This document shows positions 18,753 through 29,356 of a stretch of 64,000 nt of DNA, in pieces; the stretch's first letter is position 1; the number at the start of each line of letters is the position of its first letter. Source of the DNA: an uncultured Pelagibacteraceae bacterium. Lineage in GTDB: Bacteria > Pseudomonadota > Alphaproteobacteria > Pelagibacterales > AG-422-B15. Made by a program: the position numbers and the translations under genes. The notes beneath the pieces are model-generated. The model was not told the origin of the DNA, made no database searches, and worked only from the letters and a program-made list of their open reading frames with translations. The stretch lies in assembly GCA_902544525.1 (NCBI GenBank), contig CACCCN010000001.1:160034-224033 (forward strand), in the 5' to 3' direction.

Positions 18753-19076
18753 TTAATTACTTTTTGCTCGAGAAATATACTTTCCACCCTTTAAACCACT
18801 AAAAATTTCCTCAACCAATGGATGAGCAACGGGTTCTGGTATCTCTTCTTCTAATAAATTTTGTTGAGAAACATAAGCTATGTATGAAGGTTGATTCGGG
18901 GACTCAGCTAGTAAGTGATAAAAAGGTTGATCTTTTTTTGGTCTAACTTGAGCTGGGATCGACTGATACCATTCTTCTGTATTATCAAACTCAGGATCAA
19001 CATCAAAAATGACACCTCTGAAATCGAAGTATCTATGTTTTACAATTTGTCCAATTTCAAATTTTGCTTTATTCAT
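18753..19076 (-). CDS. hspQ: Heat shock protein HspQ (YccV-like)
   Basis: KFEIGQIVKHRYFDFRGVIFDVDPEF, QPFYHLLAE, YVSQQNL. Confidence 0.92.
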   Translation of the reverse strand: MNKAKFEIGQIVKHRYFDFRGVIFDVDPEFDNTEEWYQSIPAQVRPKKDQPFYHLLAESPNQPSYIAYVSQQNLLEEEIPEPVAHPLVEEIFSGLKGGKYISRAKSN

Positions 19077-19126
19077 AAGTCAAAGATAGTAATTATTCGC
19101 AGTTTTTTCAAGGTATGAGAAATGAT

Positions 19127-19732
19127 CTAACTTGCTGTTTTTGCACCATCTAATAATTCAATAATTTTCTGCTCTTTAATATACCCTGGAATCATTGTGT
19201 TATTAATTATTGATGCAGGTGTGCCTCTTAAACCCAGGTCTTTTGCTAGTTTTTTATTTAATTGAATAGTTTTATCATATGGTTGTGTTTCACTAAAATT
19301 GAATATTTTTTCACCTTCAAGATCAAGCTGATTAAGTAAATTAATTATATTTTGTTTATTCATAGAAGAACCCAATTCCATCAACCCGTTATGAATATCA
19401 AAATATAAATCTGGATTTTCATTCCAAATCTCTAATGCAACATTAGCTGCGGTTTCAGATATTCCACCAAAAATTGGAAATTCTAAGTAAATAATTTTAG
19501 TATCGTTTCTGGTTTTTAAAATATTTGCAAAATCATTTGCTTGTTTAGAACAGTATCCGCAACGATAATCGAAAAACTCTACAATAGTATATTCGCCATC
19601 AATGTTTCCTGCCATGGGTGATTGATTTGTATCGTGATTACGAATAATAAAATTTGCTAAAGATGAGTCACTATATACTACTGTTGGTATTAAAATTAAT
19701 ACAACAGATAGAATATACTTTAAAAACTTCAT
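19127..19732 (-). CDS. DsbA-family periplasmic thiol:disulfide oxidoreductase
   Basis: Signal peptide, VEFFDYRCGYC, EFPIFG, GTP cis-Pro loop. Confidence 0.88.
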   Translation of the reverse strand: MKFLKYILSVVLILIPTVVYSDSSLANFIIRNHDTNQSPMAGNIDGEYTIVEFFDYRCGYCSKQANDFANILKTRNDTKIIYLEFPIFGGISETAANVALEIWNENPDLYFDIHNGLMELGSSMNKQNIINLLNQLDLEGEKIFNFSETQPYDKTIQLNKKLAKDLGLRGTPASIINNTMIPGYIKEQKIIELLDGAKTAS

Positions 19733-20433
19733 TTATTTAAGCCTATAACAGATTCTATTGTTCCTACATGATTAAATTTTTTATTAGTCATAAAAGTATA
19801 AAGTTTTTTATGCTTTATATTATTATCCCAAATTTTATTTGTAGAAAATACATTGCTATTATAATTATCAAATTGATTTCGTTTGACAATTTGTACACCA
19901 CAATAAACTAAAGGTATTTTAGCTTTATTGTTTTCAAATCTTTCAATTTGATTTTTTTTATTTTTTATAAAATCCCCATTTCCTGAGTAACCAAAAGTAT
20001 TTTTAATTTTGGTAGTCATTAAAAAGGAGTCCATAATTTTTCCATCGAATTTATTAATTAATCCTTTTAATGATTTGGAGGTGTATTGATCCCAAAAAAC
20101 ATCGCTATTCATAACTAAGATAGTTTTTGAATTAGTAAGTCTAAAAGCTTTTTTTATTGCGCCACCAGTATCTAATATTTTTTTTGATTCATCTGAAATT
20201 TTAATACTACTATCTAGTTTCTTCACGTAGTCTACTATTTGCTGCGATTTATAATGAACATTAATTATAATATTTTTTATTCCAGCTTTTTTTAAGTTAT
20301 AAATACAATGCCAAATCAACGGTTTGTTTTGAACCTCAATAAGGGGCTTGGGCATGTCTTTTGTTAAAGGAAGCATTCTTTTACCAAAGCCAGCAGCCAA
20401 TATTAATCCAGTATTTACATTTTGTTTACTCAT
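19729..20433 (-). CDS. murU: MurNAc-1-phosphate uridylyltransferase-like nucleotidyltransferase
   Basis: LAAGFGKRMLPLT..PKPL, NVHY, DTGGAIK; follows amgK. Confidence 0.8.
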   Translation of the reverse strand: MSKQNVNTGLILAAGFGKRMLPLTKDMPKPLIEVQNKPLIWHCIYNLKKAGIKNIIINVHYKSQQIVDYVKKLDSSIKISDESKKILDTGGAIKKAFRLTNSKTILVMNSDVFWDQYTSKSLKGLINKFDGKIMDSFLMTTKIKNTFGYSGNGDFIKNKKNQIERFENNKAKIPLVYCGVQIVKRNQFDNYNSNVFSTNKIWDNNIKHKKLYTFMTNKKFNHVGTIESVIGLNK

Positions 20434-21394
20434 TGGGTAAATTTAATTTTAGCCATTTATAAATATCAATCATTATAGGTTTTTTTAAATTATTATTAAT
20501 AAATTGCCATGCATTATCATTAAATTTCATATACTGTGATTTTTGATCCCTAATACTTAATCTGCAAAAAATACCCAAAATTTTTAAATTCCTTTGAACG
20601 GAATAGAAAGCCATTTCGTTATCTAACTGCATAGAATCGTATCCCGTTGCGTCTATAAAGTACTTTATTAAAGATGTTTTAAGCTCTAATGAAATTGGTC
20701 TTCTTACATCCTCAATAAGAGAGATGAGATCATAACTTGACTGACCGAAAACAGCATCTTGAAAATCTAAAAGCCCAACTTGACATAAACCAGATTTAGA
20801 ATGCTGAAAGACTAAATTATCAACATGAAAATCCCTTAAAACTAGAGTATCGTATTTGAGATTAAGAGAAGTAATTGTCTTAGAAAAAATTTCTTTAAAT
20901 TCATTTATTTGATTTTCATTTATATTTATATTTAAATAACTTTTAATATACCATTCAATAAATAACTCAGTTTCACTAATCAACTTTTCATCTGAATAAT
21001 TTTCGACTAAATTATTTTTACTAAACTGATTAATGTTCCTATTATGTAAATATATTAAAATATCAATAGCTTTTTTATAAAGGCTCTCTTCGTTATTCGC
21101 ATTTAATACTTTAGAAAATAAATTATCTCCTAAGTCTTCTAATAACAAAAATCCATTTTCTTTATCAATTGAATAAATTTTGGGTGCATTTAAACTTATA
21201 CTAATAAGTAAATTATCTATATTAATAAATGCATCTAAATCATCAACCAATGTTGGATCAGCATCCATTAAAATTTTATCTGCTACTCTAAAATATCTTC
21301 TAAATGAAGCGTCACTTGTAATGGCTTTAATTTTTTTTTCCTTAATCTGGTTGCTTTCTAGAAAAGCGTTTATCTGATCTAGTCTTGAGCCCAC
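20426..21394 (-). CDS. amgK: Anomeric MurNAc/GlcNAc kinase (APH-like phosphotransferase)
   Basis: DASFRRYFR, LEDLGD, RDFHVDNL, LDFQDA, QRNLKILGIFCRL. Confidence 0.85.
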   Translation of the reverse strand: MGSRLDQINAFLESNQIKEKKIKAITSDASFRRYFRVADKILMDADPTLVDDLDAFINIDNLLISISLNAPKIYSIDKENGFLLLEDLGDNLFSKVLNANNEESLYKKAIDILIYLHNRNINQFSKNNLVENYSDEKLISETELFIEWYIKSYLNININENQINEFKEIFSKTITSLNLKYDTLVLRDFHVDNLVFQHSKSGLCQVGLLDFQDAVFGQSSYDLISLIEDVRRPISLELKTSLIKYFIDATGYDSMQLDNEMAFYSVQRNLKILGIFCRLSIRDQKSQYMKFNDNAWQFINNNLKKPIMIDIYKWLKLNLPNE

Positions 21395-21837
21395 ATTAAT
21401 TCTTTCTTTTTTGTATTCCCAATAAACTTAAATTTTATTGATCTTTTGTTATGACTTATCAAATCAATATTAATTTCTATTCTATTTTTTGGGAGCGCAT
21501 TTAGAAAATTGTTCGCCCATTCTATTATACAAATACCATTTGATACCGAGTTTGCATAATCTAACTCAATTAATTCCTCTTCTTTTTCAAGTCGATAAAA
21601 GTCGTAATGATTAATAAGGACTTTTTTAAATTTATATGTTTGCAGCAATGAAAAGGTAGGGCTAGGAATTTCTCCAGAAACTGATTTATTTTTTATTAAT
21701 GATTGAATCAAATATCTTGAAAATGTTGTTTTACCAGCCCCTAAGTCTCCGTTTAGACATATTACACAACTGCTTGGAATAGAATTAGCAAACTTTTCTG
21801 CTACTTTCTTTGTATCACTTTCTTTTTGAACAATCAT
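21379..21837 (-). CDS. tsaE: tRNA t6A biosynthesis ATPase
   Basis: GDLGAGKTTF, PSPTFSLLQTY, HYDFYRL, IIEWA. Confidence 0.93.
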   Translation of the reverse strand: MIVQKESDTKKVAEKFANSIPSSCVICLNGDLGAGKTTFSRYLIQSLIKNKSVSGEIPSPTFSLLQTYKFKKVLINHYDFYRLEKEEELIELDYANSVSNGICIIEWANNFLNALPKNRIEINIDLISHNKRSIKFKFIGNTKKKELMWAQD

Positions 21838-21864
21838 TTTAAGATTGTAACATATACATTAGAA

Positions 21865-23160
21865 CTAGTATCTATAAGCGTCTGGTTTAAATGGACCAGC
21901 CTGATCCACATTTATATAATCTGCCTGCTCTTGCGATAATTTAGTCAGTTTTGCACCTAGTTTATCTAGGTGAAGAATTGCGACTTTTTCATCAAGGTGT
22001 TTTGGAAGTACATAAATATCATTCTTATATTGATCAGTATTTTCCCACAACTCAATCTGAGCTAAAACCTGATTAGTAAACGAAGCACTCATAACAAAAC
22101 TTGGATGACCTGTTGCACAACCAAGATTCACTAAACGACCTTCGGCTAAAACTATTACTCTCTTACCATCTGGAAACTCAACTTCATCAACTTGAGGCTT
22201 AACATTATGCCACTTATGATTTTTTAGAGCATCAATTTGTATTTCTGAGTCAAAGTGACCAATGTTACATAAAATCGACCTATCCTTCATATCTCTAATA
22301 TGATCAATTGTAACAATGTCTTTATTGCCAGTAGCTGTAACAACAATGTCTGCTTCTTTTATATTGTCTTCCATGTTAACTACTTGATAGCCTTCCATTG
22401 CAGCTTGTAACGCACATATTGGATCTACTTCAGTAACAAGAACTCTAGCGCCTTGGCCTCTCAATGCTGCTGCACTTCCTTTGCCAACATCACCAAATCC
22501 AGCAACAATACATGTTTTTCCTGCAAGCATTACATCAGTTGCTCTTTTTAGAGCATCAATTAAACTTTCACGACATCCATATAAGTTATCAAATTTTGAT
22601 TTAGTAACTGAGTCATTTACATTAATTGCAGGTATCATTAACTCACCCTTAGCAACCATTTCTTTTAGTGATTTAACTCCTGTAGTTGTTTCCTCTGAAA
22701 CACCTTTAATACCCTTCATCATTTCAGGATAGTTTTTGTGCATATATGCCGTTAGATCTCCACCATCATCTAATAATAAATTTGGAACCCAACCTTCCTT
22801 ACCAGTAATTGTTTTTTCAATACATTCCCAATACTCTTCTTCAGTTTCACCCTTCCAAGCAAAGACTGGAATACCTTTTCTTGCAATTGCCGCCGCGGCC
22901 TGATCTTGTGTTGAAAAAATATTGCATGAAGACCATCTCACATCTGCACCTAAAGCAACCAAAGTATCAATTAAAACAGCTGTTTGAATAGTCATGTGGA
23001 GACAGCCAATTATTCTTGCTCCACTCAGAGGTTTATCATTACCGTACGCACTTCTTAAGGCCATTAGTCCTGGCATTTCTGTTTCTGCTATCGCAATTTC
23101 TTTATCACCCCAATCAGCTAGTGATAGATCTGCCACTTTAAAGTCTTGGTTATCGGTCAT
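21865..23160 (-). CDS. ahcY: Adenosylhomocysteinase
   Basis: [51 protein letters not shown]. Confidence 0.97.
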   Translation of the reverse strand: MTDNQDFKVADLSLADWGDKEIAIAETEMPGLMALRSAYGNDKPLSGARIIGCLHMTIQTAVLIDTLVALGADVRWSSCNIFSTQDQAAAAIARKGIPVFAWKGETEEEYWECIEKTITGKEGWVPNLLLDDGGDLTAYMHKNYPEMMKGIKGVSEETTTGVKSLKEMVAKGELMIPAINVNDSVTKSKFDNLYGCRESLIDALKRATDVMLAGKTCIVAGFGDVGKGSAAALRGQGARVLVTEVDPICALQAAMEGYQVVNMEDNIKEADIVVTATGNKDIVTIDHIRDMKDRSILCNIGHFDSEIQIDALKNHKWHNVKPQVDEVEFPDGKRVIVLAEGRLVNLGCATGHPSFVMSASFTNQVLAQIELWENTDQYKNDIYVLPKHLDEKVAILHLDKLGAKLTKLSQEQADYINVDQAGPFKPDAYRY

Positions 23161-23215
23161 TTTTAAACTCCTGAAAGATTAAGTTATATGTATTTAAATC
23201 GTGAGTAACATAAAT

Positions 23216-24772
23216 TCAATAGTTATTTATAGGTAAATTAATAATAAATTTAGCTCCCATTACTCGGCCCTCATTTATTTGATTTTCGGCTCTTATATTT
23301 CCCTTATGAGCTTCAATTATTTGTCTCGCAATATGCAATCCTAACCCTGAATGCGTAGAGAGAGTTTTTTCATTATTTTCTCTAAAGGTATAGAATCTAT
23401 TAAAAATATTTTCTATATTTAATTCTTTTATACCTGGGCCATTATCTGCAACAGTTATTGTTAAATAACTTGATGCCAAGCTTAAATTTGTTTCTACTAT
23501 CCCATCTGTTGTGGAAAAAGAAACTGCATTATCATATATATTATGAAGTGCTCTTTTTAGAAACTCTTCATGCCCATAAATAAAAATATTATCATTAAAA
23601 TTATCACTACTAATTAATTTAAAATTTAAATTTTTATTTTTTATTCCATTATATTCTGAGATAACCTTTTTTAATAATATTTGAATATCAATTTGATCGT
23701 TTTTAAGATCCGACATCAAAGCTTCATCTTTCATCATAATCGAATAATCGGTTATAATTGCCTCAATTCTTGCAATATCATTTTCAATAGCAGATATGAA
23801 TTTAGTTTGAGTATTGTTTTCATTACTTTTCATAACTTCAGTTGCCATTTTTATAGAAGTCAAAGGATTCCTTATTTCATGCATTAAGTCTGCAGAATAT
23901 TCTTCATTTTCTTGAATTTTATCTTTTAAACCTTCAACCTTCTCAGCAAGAATTTTCGATAAATCTCCAATCTCGTCTTTTCTTTTATTTAAATTTAAAA
24001 TTGTTGAAGTTGATTTTGTTTTTGTTTGAATATTTTTTGCCGAGTCGGCAAGTTTTTTTATAGGAGAGATTACAACTGATGATAAGAAAATTGAAAAAAG
24101 GAGCAAGATTATCATTATTGGAATTGCCCCAATTAAAATACTTGTTCTATTTGCCCTAATTACTTTTTGTATATCCCTATTATCTTCGTAAGCAACGAGA
24201 TAAATGTCTTGATTAAAGTTAGACAATAAGCTTATTGAGATTATTTCTATTTTGTTTTCCTGATAATTTTGATCATTAATATCTGATTTAATAATAAAAT
24301 TTTGCTGATTATCATTTGAAGTAGACTTAAATTTTGATTTAAATAAAATACTATTTATAAAAGTCCTCCCTAGAATCTCTTCATTTACATATAAATCTTG
24401 ATAATTTTCAAGTTCATTTTCAAGTGTCACAGCGCTTTTATTTTGAAATGCTTCCTCATTTAAATCATAGCCTTTAGAATCCAAAATAATGTTACGTTTT
24501 TTATCTAATATGATGATAGAAACATTTTTATTTTCTAGAATGGAATTAATTTCTTTTATTACTCTAAAATCAACTAACGACTCAATAATATTATCTTTAA
24601 AGCTAATTTTTTGAATATATTTTTGTACTAGTTCTGATTGATTTTTTATTTGCTGAATTCTTTTATCAACTAAGTTGTTTTGTGATAACTGCAGTGTTAC
24701 CAATACAATAATGGCAATTAAGCCTAAGCCTAATATATTATAAAATAAGAATTTTCTAAAAAGTGTATTCAA
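23216..24772 (-). CDS. chvG: Sensor histidine kinase ChvG/ExoS-like
   Basis: Two TMs, HAMP (RKDEIGDLS), HEIRNPLTSI, DNAVSFS, FNRFYT, HSGLGL; downstream of chvI; TTG start. Confidence 0.8.
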   Translation of the reverse strand: MNTLFRKFLFYNILGLGLIAIIVLVTLQLSQNNLVDKRIQQIKNQSELVQKYIQKISFKDNIIESLVDFRVIKEINSILENKNVSIIILDKKRNIILDSKGYDLNEEAFQNKSAVTLENELENYQDLYVNEEILGRTFINSILFKSKFKSTSNDNQQNFIIKSDINDQNYQENKIEIISISLLSNFNQDIYLVAYEDNRDIQKVIRANRTSILIGAIPIMIILLLFSIFLSSVVISPIKKLADSAKNIQTKTKSTSTILNLNKRKDEIGDLSKILAEKVEGLKDKIQENEEYSADLMHEIRNPLTSIKMATEVMKSNENNTQTKFISAIENDIARIEAIITDYSIMMKDEALMSDLKNDQIDIQILLKKVISEYNGIKNKNLNFKLISSDNFNDNIFIYGHEEFLKRALHNIYDNAVSFSTTDGIVETNLSLASSYLTITVADNGPGIKELNIENIFNRFYTFRENNEKTLSTHSGLGLHIARQIIEAHKGNIRAENQINEGRVMGAKFIINLPINNY

Positions 24773-24800
24773 GTAATCTTATTCTAATAAACATTTCAAA

Positions 24801-25511
24801 TTATTTCCATTGATAACCTGAGCCGTACAATGTGTGAATTGAATTGAATTCAGGGTCTAATTTCTTAAATTTCTTTCTAATTCTCTTAACATGACTGTCA
24901 ATAGTTCTGTCATCTACATCAATTTCATCTTTATATGCTATATCCATCAACCTTTCTCTAGTTTTTACAATTCCAGGTCTTACAACTAGTTCATGAATGA
25001 TTTTAAATTCAGTTGTGGTTAATGGATCTTGTAATAGCCTTTCTTTCCACTCACATTCTTGCCTCTCTACATCAAGTCTTAAATCATCGTAGACTATTAT
25101 TTGACTTTTCTCATTTTTATTAGAAATAGTTTGGATAGTCTTCAGTGTATTTTTAATAGTTTCAATTAATATTTGAATTGTAAGATTGCCGCCTTTTGTA
25201 ACATAACTATCTGCGCCGTGCATTAGACCTTTAAGCCGATCTACTTCTTTATCTTTAGATGTTAAAAAAATTACTGGTATTGACAACTTATTACGAATTT
25301 TTTTAAATAGCTCATAACCATCCATTCGAGGCATTTTAATATCTATAACTGCTATATCGGGCGGATGTTTAAAAAAACTATTTAATGCTGATTGTCCATC
25401 ACTAAAAGTATGGATATTAAAATCTTCTTTTTTCAATAACTCCTCCATAGACATTAAAATATTTCGATCATCATCTACGAGAGCAATTAGTGGTTTTTTA
25501 ATACTATTCAT
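24801..25511 (-). CDS. chvI: OmpR-family response regulator ChvI
   Basis: IALVDDDRNIL, DIKMPRMDG, VDDRTIDSHVKRIRKKFK; divergent from pckA, as in other alphaproteobacteria. Confidence 0.9.
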   Translation of the reverse strand: MNSIKKPLIALVDDDRNILMSMEELLKKEDFNIHTFSDGQSALNSFFKHPPDIAVIDIKMPRMDGYELFKKIRNKLSIPVIFLTSKDKEVDRLKGLMHGADSYVTKGGNLTIQILIETIKNTLKTIQTISNKNEKSQIIVYDDLRLDVERQECEWKERLLQDPLTTTEFKIIHELVVRPGIVKTRERLMDIAYKDEIDVDDRTIDSHVKRIRKKFKKLDPEFNSIHTLYGSGYQWK

Positions 25512-25667
25512 ATATTTTATATTATACTTAAAATTGTTTATTTTAAGGCGCTATACATCCACAAATTGTTAAATTTTATTAATTATATTATACCCATAAT
25601 TATTAATATTAGTCATATTTAACCTTAACAAAATATTCATAATGTGTTTTATTGACCGTTCAAATTT

Positions 25668-27245
25668 ATGGAAAATCCTATAAATAATAAAATATTAGCG
25701 ACGGCTGAGGTATTCAGAAACTTAAGTTCTGATCAATTATACCAGGCTGCTCTAGATAATGGTGAGGGAAGGGCTTCTAAATACAAAGCTCTAGTTGTTA
25801 CCACTGGCGATAAAACTGGTCGTTCAGCTAATGATAAATTCATTGTTAAAGAAAAAAACTCTCAAGATAAAATTCATTGGGGCGAAACTAATGTACCAAT
25901 GAAAGAAGAAAATTTTAATAAGATTCTAAAAGCATTTGAAGCCTATGCGCAAGAAAAAAGGCTTTATGTTCACGATTTATTTGGTGGTGCAGATAGAGAT
26001 TTTACACTTCCAGTTACCATAATAACAGAATTCGCTTGGCATGGATTATTTTCAAGACACATGCTGGTTAGACCTTCAGAAGAGGAATTAAAAAAATATT
26101 CTAGTGAATACACAATCATTAATTTTCCTAAACTAAAGCTAGATCCATCAACTTATAGAACTAATAGTGAAACTGTAATTGCTATTAATTTAGATAAAAA
26201 AATTATATTAATATGTGGTACTGAATATGCTGGTGAAACAAAAAAATCAGTTTTTACTCTACTAAACTATCTTTTGCCGGACATAAATACTATGCCTATG
26301 CATTGCTCAGTTAATACAGGTCAAGAGGGTGACTCAGCTATTTTCTTTGGTCTATCTGGAACAGGAAAAACAACTTTAAGTGCTGATCCTAATAGATCTT
26401 TATTAGGAGATGATGAACATGGTTGGTCTGAAGATGGACTTTTTAACTTTGAGGGTGGCTGTTATGCCAAATTAATAAGGTTATCAGAAGAAGCAGAGCC
26501 TGAAATATTTGCCACAACTAAAATGAAAAATACGATTATTGAAAATGTAGTTATGAATGACAATGGTGAACTTGATCTTGATAACAATTCAATAACTGAA
26601 AATACTCGGGGAGCCTATCCGTTAGATTTTATACCTGGAGTAACGTTGGAAGGAAAAACCTCTCATCCTAAAAATATTATTATGTTAACAGCAGATGCTT
26701 TTGGGGTACTACCACCAATTGCAAAGCTGACTCCAGCTCAAGCTATGTATCATTTTTTATCGGGCTATACAGCAAAAGTTGCAGGAACAGAGATAGGTTT
26801 AAGCTCTGAGCCAACAGCAACTTTTTCTACTTGTTTTGGGGCTCCATTTATGCCGAGAAATCCAATTGAATATGGTAATTTATTAAAAAGAAAAATTTCA
26901 GAATTTAATGTTACCTGCTGGCTAGTTAATACAGGTTGGTCTGGTGGTGTCTATGGCGTTGGAAAAAGAATTTCAATAAAAGATACAAGACAACTTTTGA
27001 ATGAAGCTCTCATAGGAAATTTATCAAATATCGAAATGAGAAAAGATGATAATTTTGGTTTTGAAATTCCAAAGTCTGTTAATGGTATAAACTCAAATAT
27101 ACTCAACCCCAGAAATTGCTGGTCAGACCCTGCCGCTTATGACTTACAGGCAATTAAGCTAGTTAATATGTTTATAGAAAATTTCAAAAAATTTGAAACT
27201 GATGTTGATGAAAATATTAAGTCTTCTGGACCAATTATTAATTAA
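25668..27245 (+). CDS. pckA: Phosphoenolpyruvate carboxykinase (ATP)
   Basis: [46 protein letters not shown]. Confidence 0.97.
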   Translation: MENPINNKILATAEVFRNLSSDQLYQAALDNGEGRASKYKALVVTTGDKTGRSANDKFIVKEKNSQDKIHWGETNVPMKEENFNKILKAFEAYAQEKRLYVHDLFGGADRDFTLPVTIITEFAWHGLFSRHMLVRPSEEELKKYSSEYTIINFPKLKLDPSTYRTNSETVIAINLDKKIILICGTEYAGETKKSVFTLLNYLLPDINTMPMHCSVNTGQEGDSAIFFGLSGTGKTTLSADPNRSLLGDDEHGWSEDGLFNFEGGCYAKLIRLSEEAEPEIFATTKMKNTIIENVVMNDNGELDLDNNSITENTRGAYPLDFIPGVTLEGKTSHPKNIIMLTADAFGVLPPIAKLTPAQAMYHFLSGYTAKVAGTEIGLSSEPTATFSTCFGAPFMPRNPIEYGNLLKRKISEFNVTCWLVNTGWSGGVYGVGKRISIKDTRQLLNEALIGNLSNIEMRKDDNFGFEIPKSVNGINSNILNPRNCWSDPAAYDLQAIKLVNMFIENFKKFETDVDENIKSSGPIIN

Positions 27246-28509
27246 TATCTCTTTCCACATTTAGAAGATCTTCTCTATACCATATACCAGCTAAGTAATA
27301 ACAAATCATAGCTAATATTCCAAAGCCTCCCATGACTATCATTGTTATAGTTAATGGCTCATCAAAATTATTAAAAATATTATCCGCAAAAAAACCAGTT
27401 AAAAATGCGCCTAGTGCGATACCAAAAATATTAACACTTAAAACCCACAATCCTATTACGGTACCTCTTATCTTTGTTGATGTTAAATTTTGGATTGTAG
27501 AAAATACTGCGCCATAAAAAAAGGATATATTAATAGATATAAAAAATAATGAAGTATAAAACCAAATACTATCTGGTGATACAAACCTGTATAAAATAAC
27601 TATCGGTGTCATTATTAAATAGGAGTAAAATAAAAAGTGCATTGGACCCCCTTTTAATTTATTTCCAAATAGATCTGACAAATAGCCCCCTACTATTGTA
27701 CCAATGCCGCCACCAATTATAAAATATATCCCAAATAAACTATTATATCTTTCAGCAGTAAAACCTCTTTCCTGAACAGCCCATATAGAGTCAAAACTTC
27801 CCACTCCAATTGGAATGTTATTAAGCGTGCCAGCTAATATAACAAAAAATAAAGACTTAGACGAAGTAATTGCCTTATAGGTATTTTTTAGACTATCTTT
27901 AATTGAAGTACTTTTTTCTTGATTCTGCCTTCCATCAATTTCACCTCTTATTGGTTCTGTCAAAAAGTAAATAAATATACTTATTAGAGCTCCTAATACA
28001 CCAAGACCGATAAATATATTTCTCCATCCAAAAATTGGTCCTAAACTTGCTTGAATTAAAAACCCTAGTCCAACTCCAAGTGGTATACCAAAATAATAAA
28101 TGCCTCCTGCCATGCCACGCTTTTCTTTTGGGAATACATCACTTAGCATAGATATTGAACTTGGAGTTAGAGAGGACTCACCCACACCAATAAATGCTCT
28201 AGATATAAATAGTAATACAACATTTTTGGCCAATCCTGTTAATGCAGTCATTGAACTCCACAAAAATAACCCAAAAGCTATTATTTTAGTTCTACTTAGT
28301 CTGTCTCCAAGAGCCCCAATAAAAATACTACATGTTGCGTAAAAAAATAGGAATACAATACCACTTACTAAGCCCCATTGTGTATTTGTCAGGTTAAAGT
28401 CTGCTTTAATTTCATTTCCAAATGCGAATAGAATATTCCTATCAATGAAATTAAGTACATTTAGGAATAAAAAAATAAGCAAATAAAAGTAAGGAGATTT
28501 TGTTTTCAT
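27238..28509 (-). CDS. MFS transporter (Spinster-like)
   Basis: [38 protein letters not shown]; 12 TM. Confidence 0.85.
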   Translation of the reverse strand: MKTKSPYFYLLIFLFLNVLNFIDRNILFAFGNEIKADFNLTNTQWGLVSGIVFLFFYATCSIFIGALGDRLSRTKIIAFGLFLWSSMTALTGLAKNVVLLFISRAFIGVGESSLTPSSISMLSDVFPKEKRGMAGGIYYFGIPLGVGLGFLIQASLGPIFGWRNIFIGLGVLGALISIFIYFLTEPIRGEIDGRQNQEKSTSIKDSLKNTYKAITSSKSLFFVILAGTLNNIPIGVGSFDSIWAVQERGFTAERYNSLFGIYFIIGGGIGTIVGGYLSDLFGNKLKGGPMHFLFYSYLIMTPIVILYRFVSPDSIWFYTSLFFISINISFFYGAVFSTIQNLTSTKIRGTVIGLWVLSVNIFGIALGAFLTGFFADNIFNNFDEPLTITMIVMGGFGILAMICYYLAGIWYREDLLNVERDIN

Positions 28510-28575
28510 AGATCTTACAGACTATGCAGATTATATAAAAATTGCTATTAATTATTATATAATAGTTACTTATGA

Positions 28576-29349
28576 TTAGTCTCTTCCATAATCATCATCA
28601 TATCTAGTAATGTCATCTTCACCAAAATAAGAGCCTGTTTGAATTTCAATTATTTTTAAGATTTCATCACTTTTATTTTCTAAACGATGTTTAGCGCCCA
28701 TACTAATATGTATTGTTTCATTTTTAGTTTTTGTAAATACATCTTCATCTATAATAATTGTTGCTTCTCCCTCTAATATTATCCATGTCTCTTGTCTTTT
28801 TTTATGTGATTGAAAACTTAATCTTGACCCTGATTCGACTACAAGCTCTTTAATTTTATATTCCTTTTTTTCATCAAGAACTTTGAAATAGCCCCAAGGT
28901 CTTTTTTCCATAGGTGATTTCCATTCTTCTAGAATCCAACTAGATGAATTTTTTTTAAAATCACCACCAATACCAAAAGCAAACTCAATATTTGAGTCAT
29001 TTTTAAATTTCTCCATTTCTAATATATTTCCTGAATTCCTATCGCCACCATTAGCAAATATAATTTTATGATTTGGATATAATTTAATAGTCTTGCTAAT
29101 TGCATCAGATGCAGAGTTGTCTTGATCATTAAAGGTTACAATTCCATCGACGGCTGAAAGGGCCTCTATTATCGATGATCTTTCAGAAAGAGGCATAAAA
29201 AATTTACCTTTTTTTTTAATCAGCCAGTCATCAGAATTTATTCCTACAATCAACTTATCACCAAGTTTTTTTGCATCATCAAAATAAACCAAATGGCCAG
29301 AGTGAAGAGGATCAAAACCTCCAGTTACTAAAACAATTTTTTTTTCCAC
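28576..29349 (-). CDS. Cytidylyltransferase-like (HxGH) domain fused to a ManC-type cupin
   Basis: TGGFDPLHSGH, GINSD, FANGGDR, then RPWG..HRLEN..IEIQTGSYFGEDDI. Start uncertain (GTG 29349 or ATG 29370). Confidence 0.8.
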   Translation of the reverse strand: MEKKIVLVTGGFDPLHSGHLVYFDDAKKLGDKLIVGINSDDWLIKKKGKFFMPLSERSSIIEALSAVDGIVTFNDQDNSASDAISKTIKLYPNHKIIFANGGDRNSGNILEMEKFKNDSNIEFAFGIGGDFKKNSSSWILEEWKSPMEKRPWGYFKVLDEKKEYKIKELVVESGSRLSFQSHKKRQETWIILEGEATIIIDEDVFTKTKNETIHISMGAKHRLENKSDEILKIIEIQTGSYFGEDDITRYDDDYGRD

Positions 29350-29356
29350 TATATTT

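Noticed and set aside
23161-23215. SAH/SAM riboswitch upstream of ahcY
   Set aside because: Only 55 nt, AT-rich, with no recognisable aptamer.
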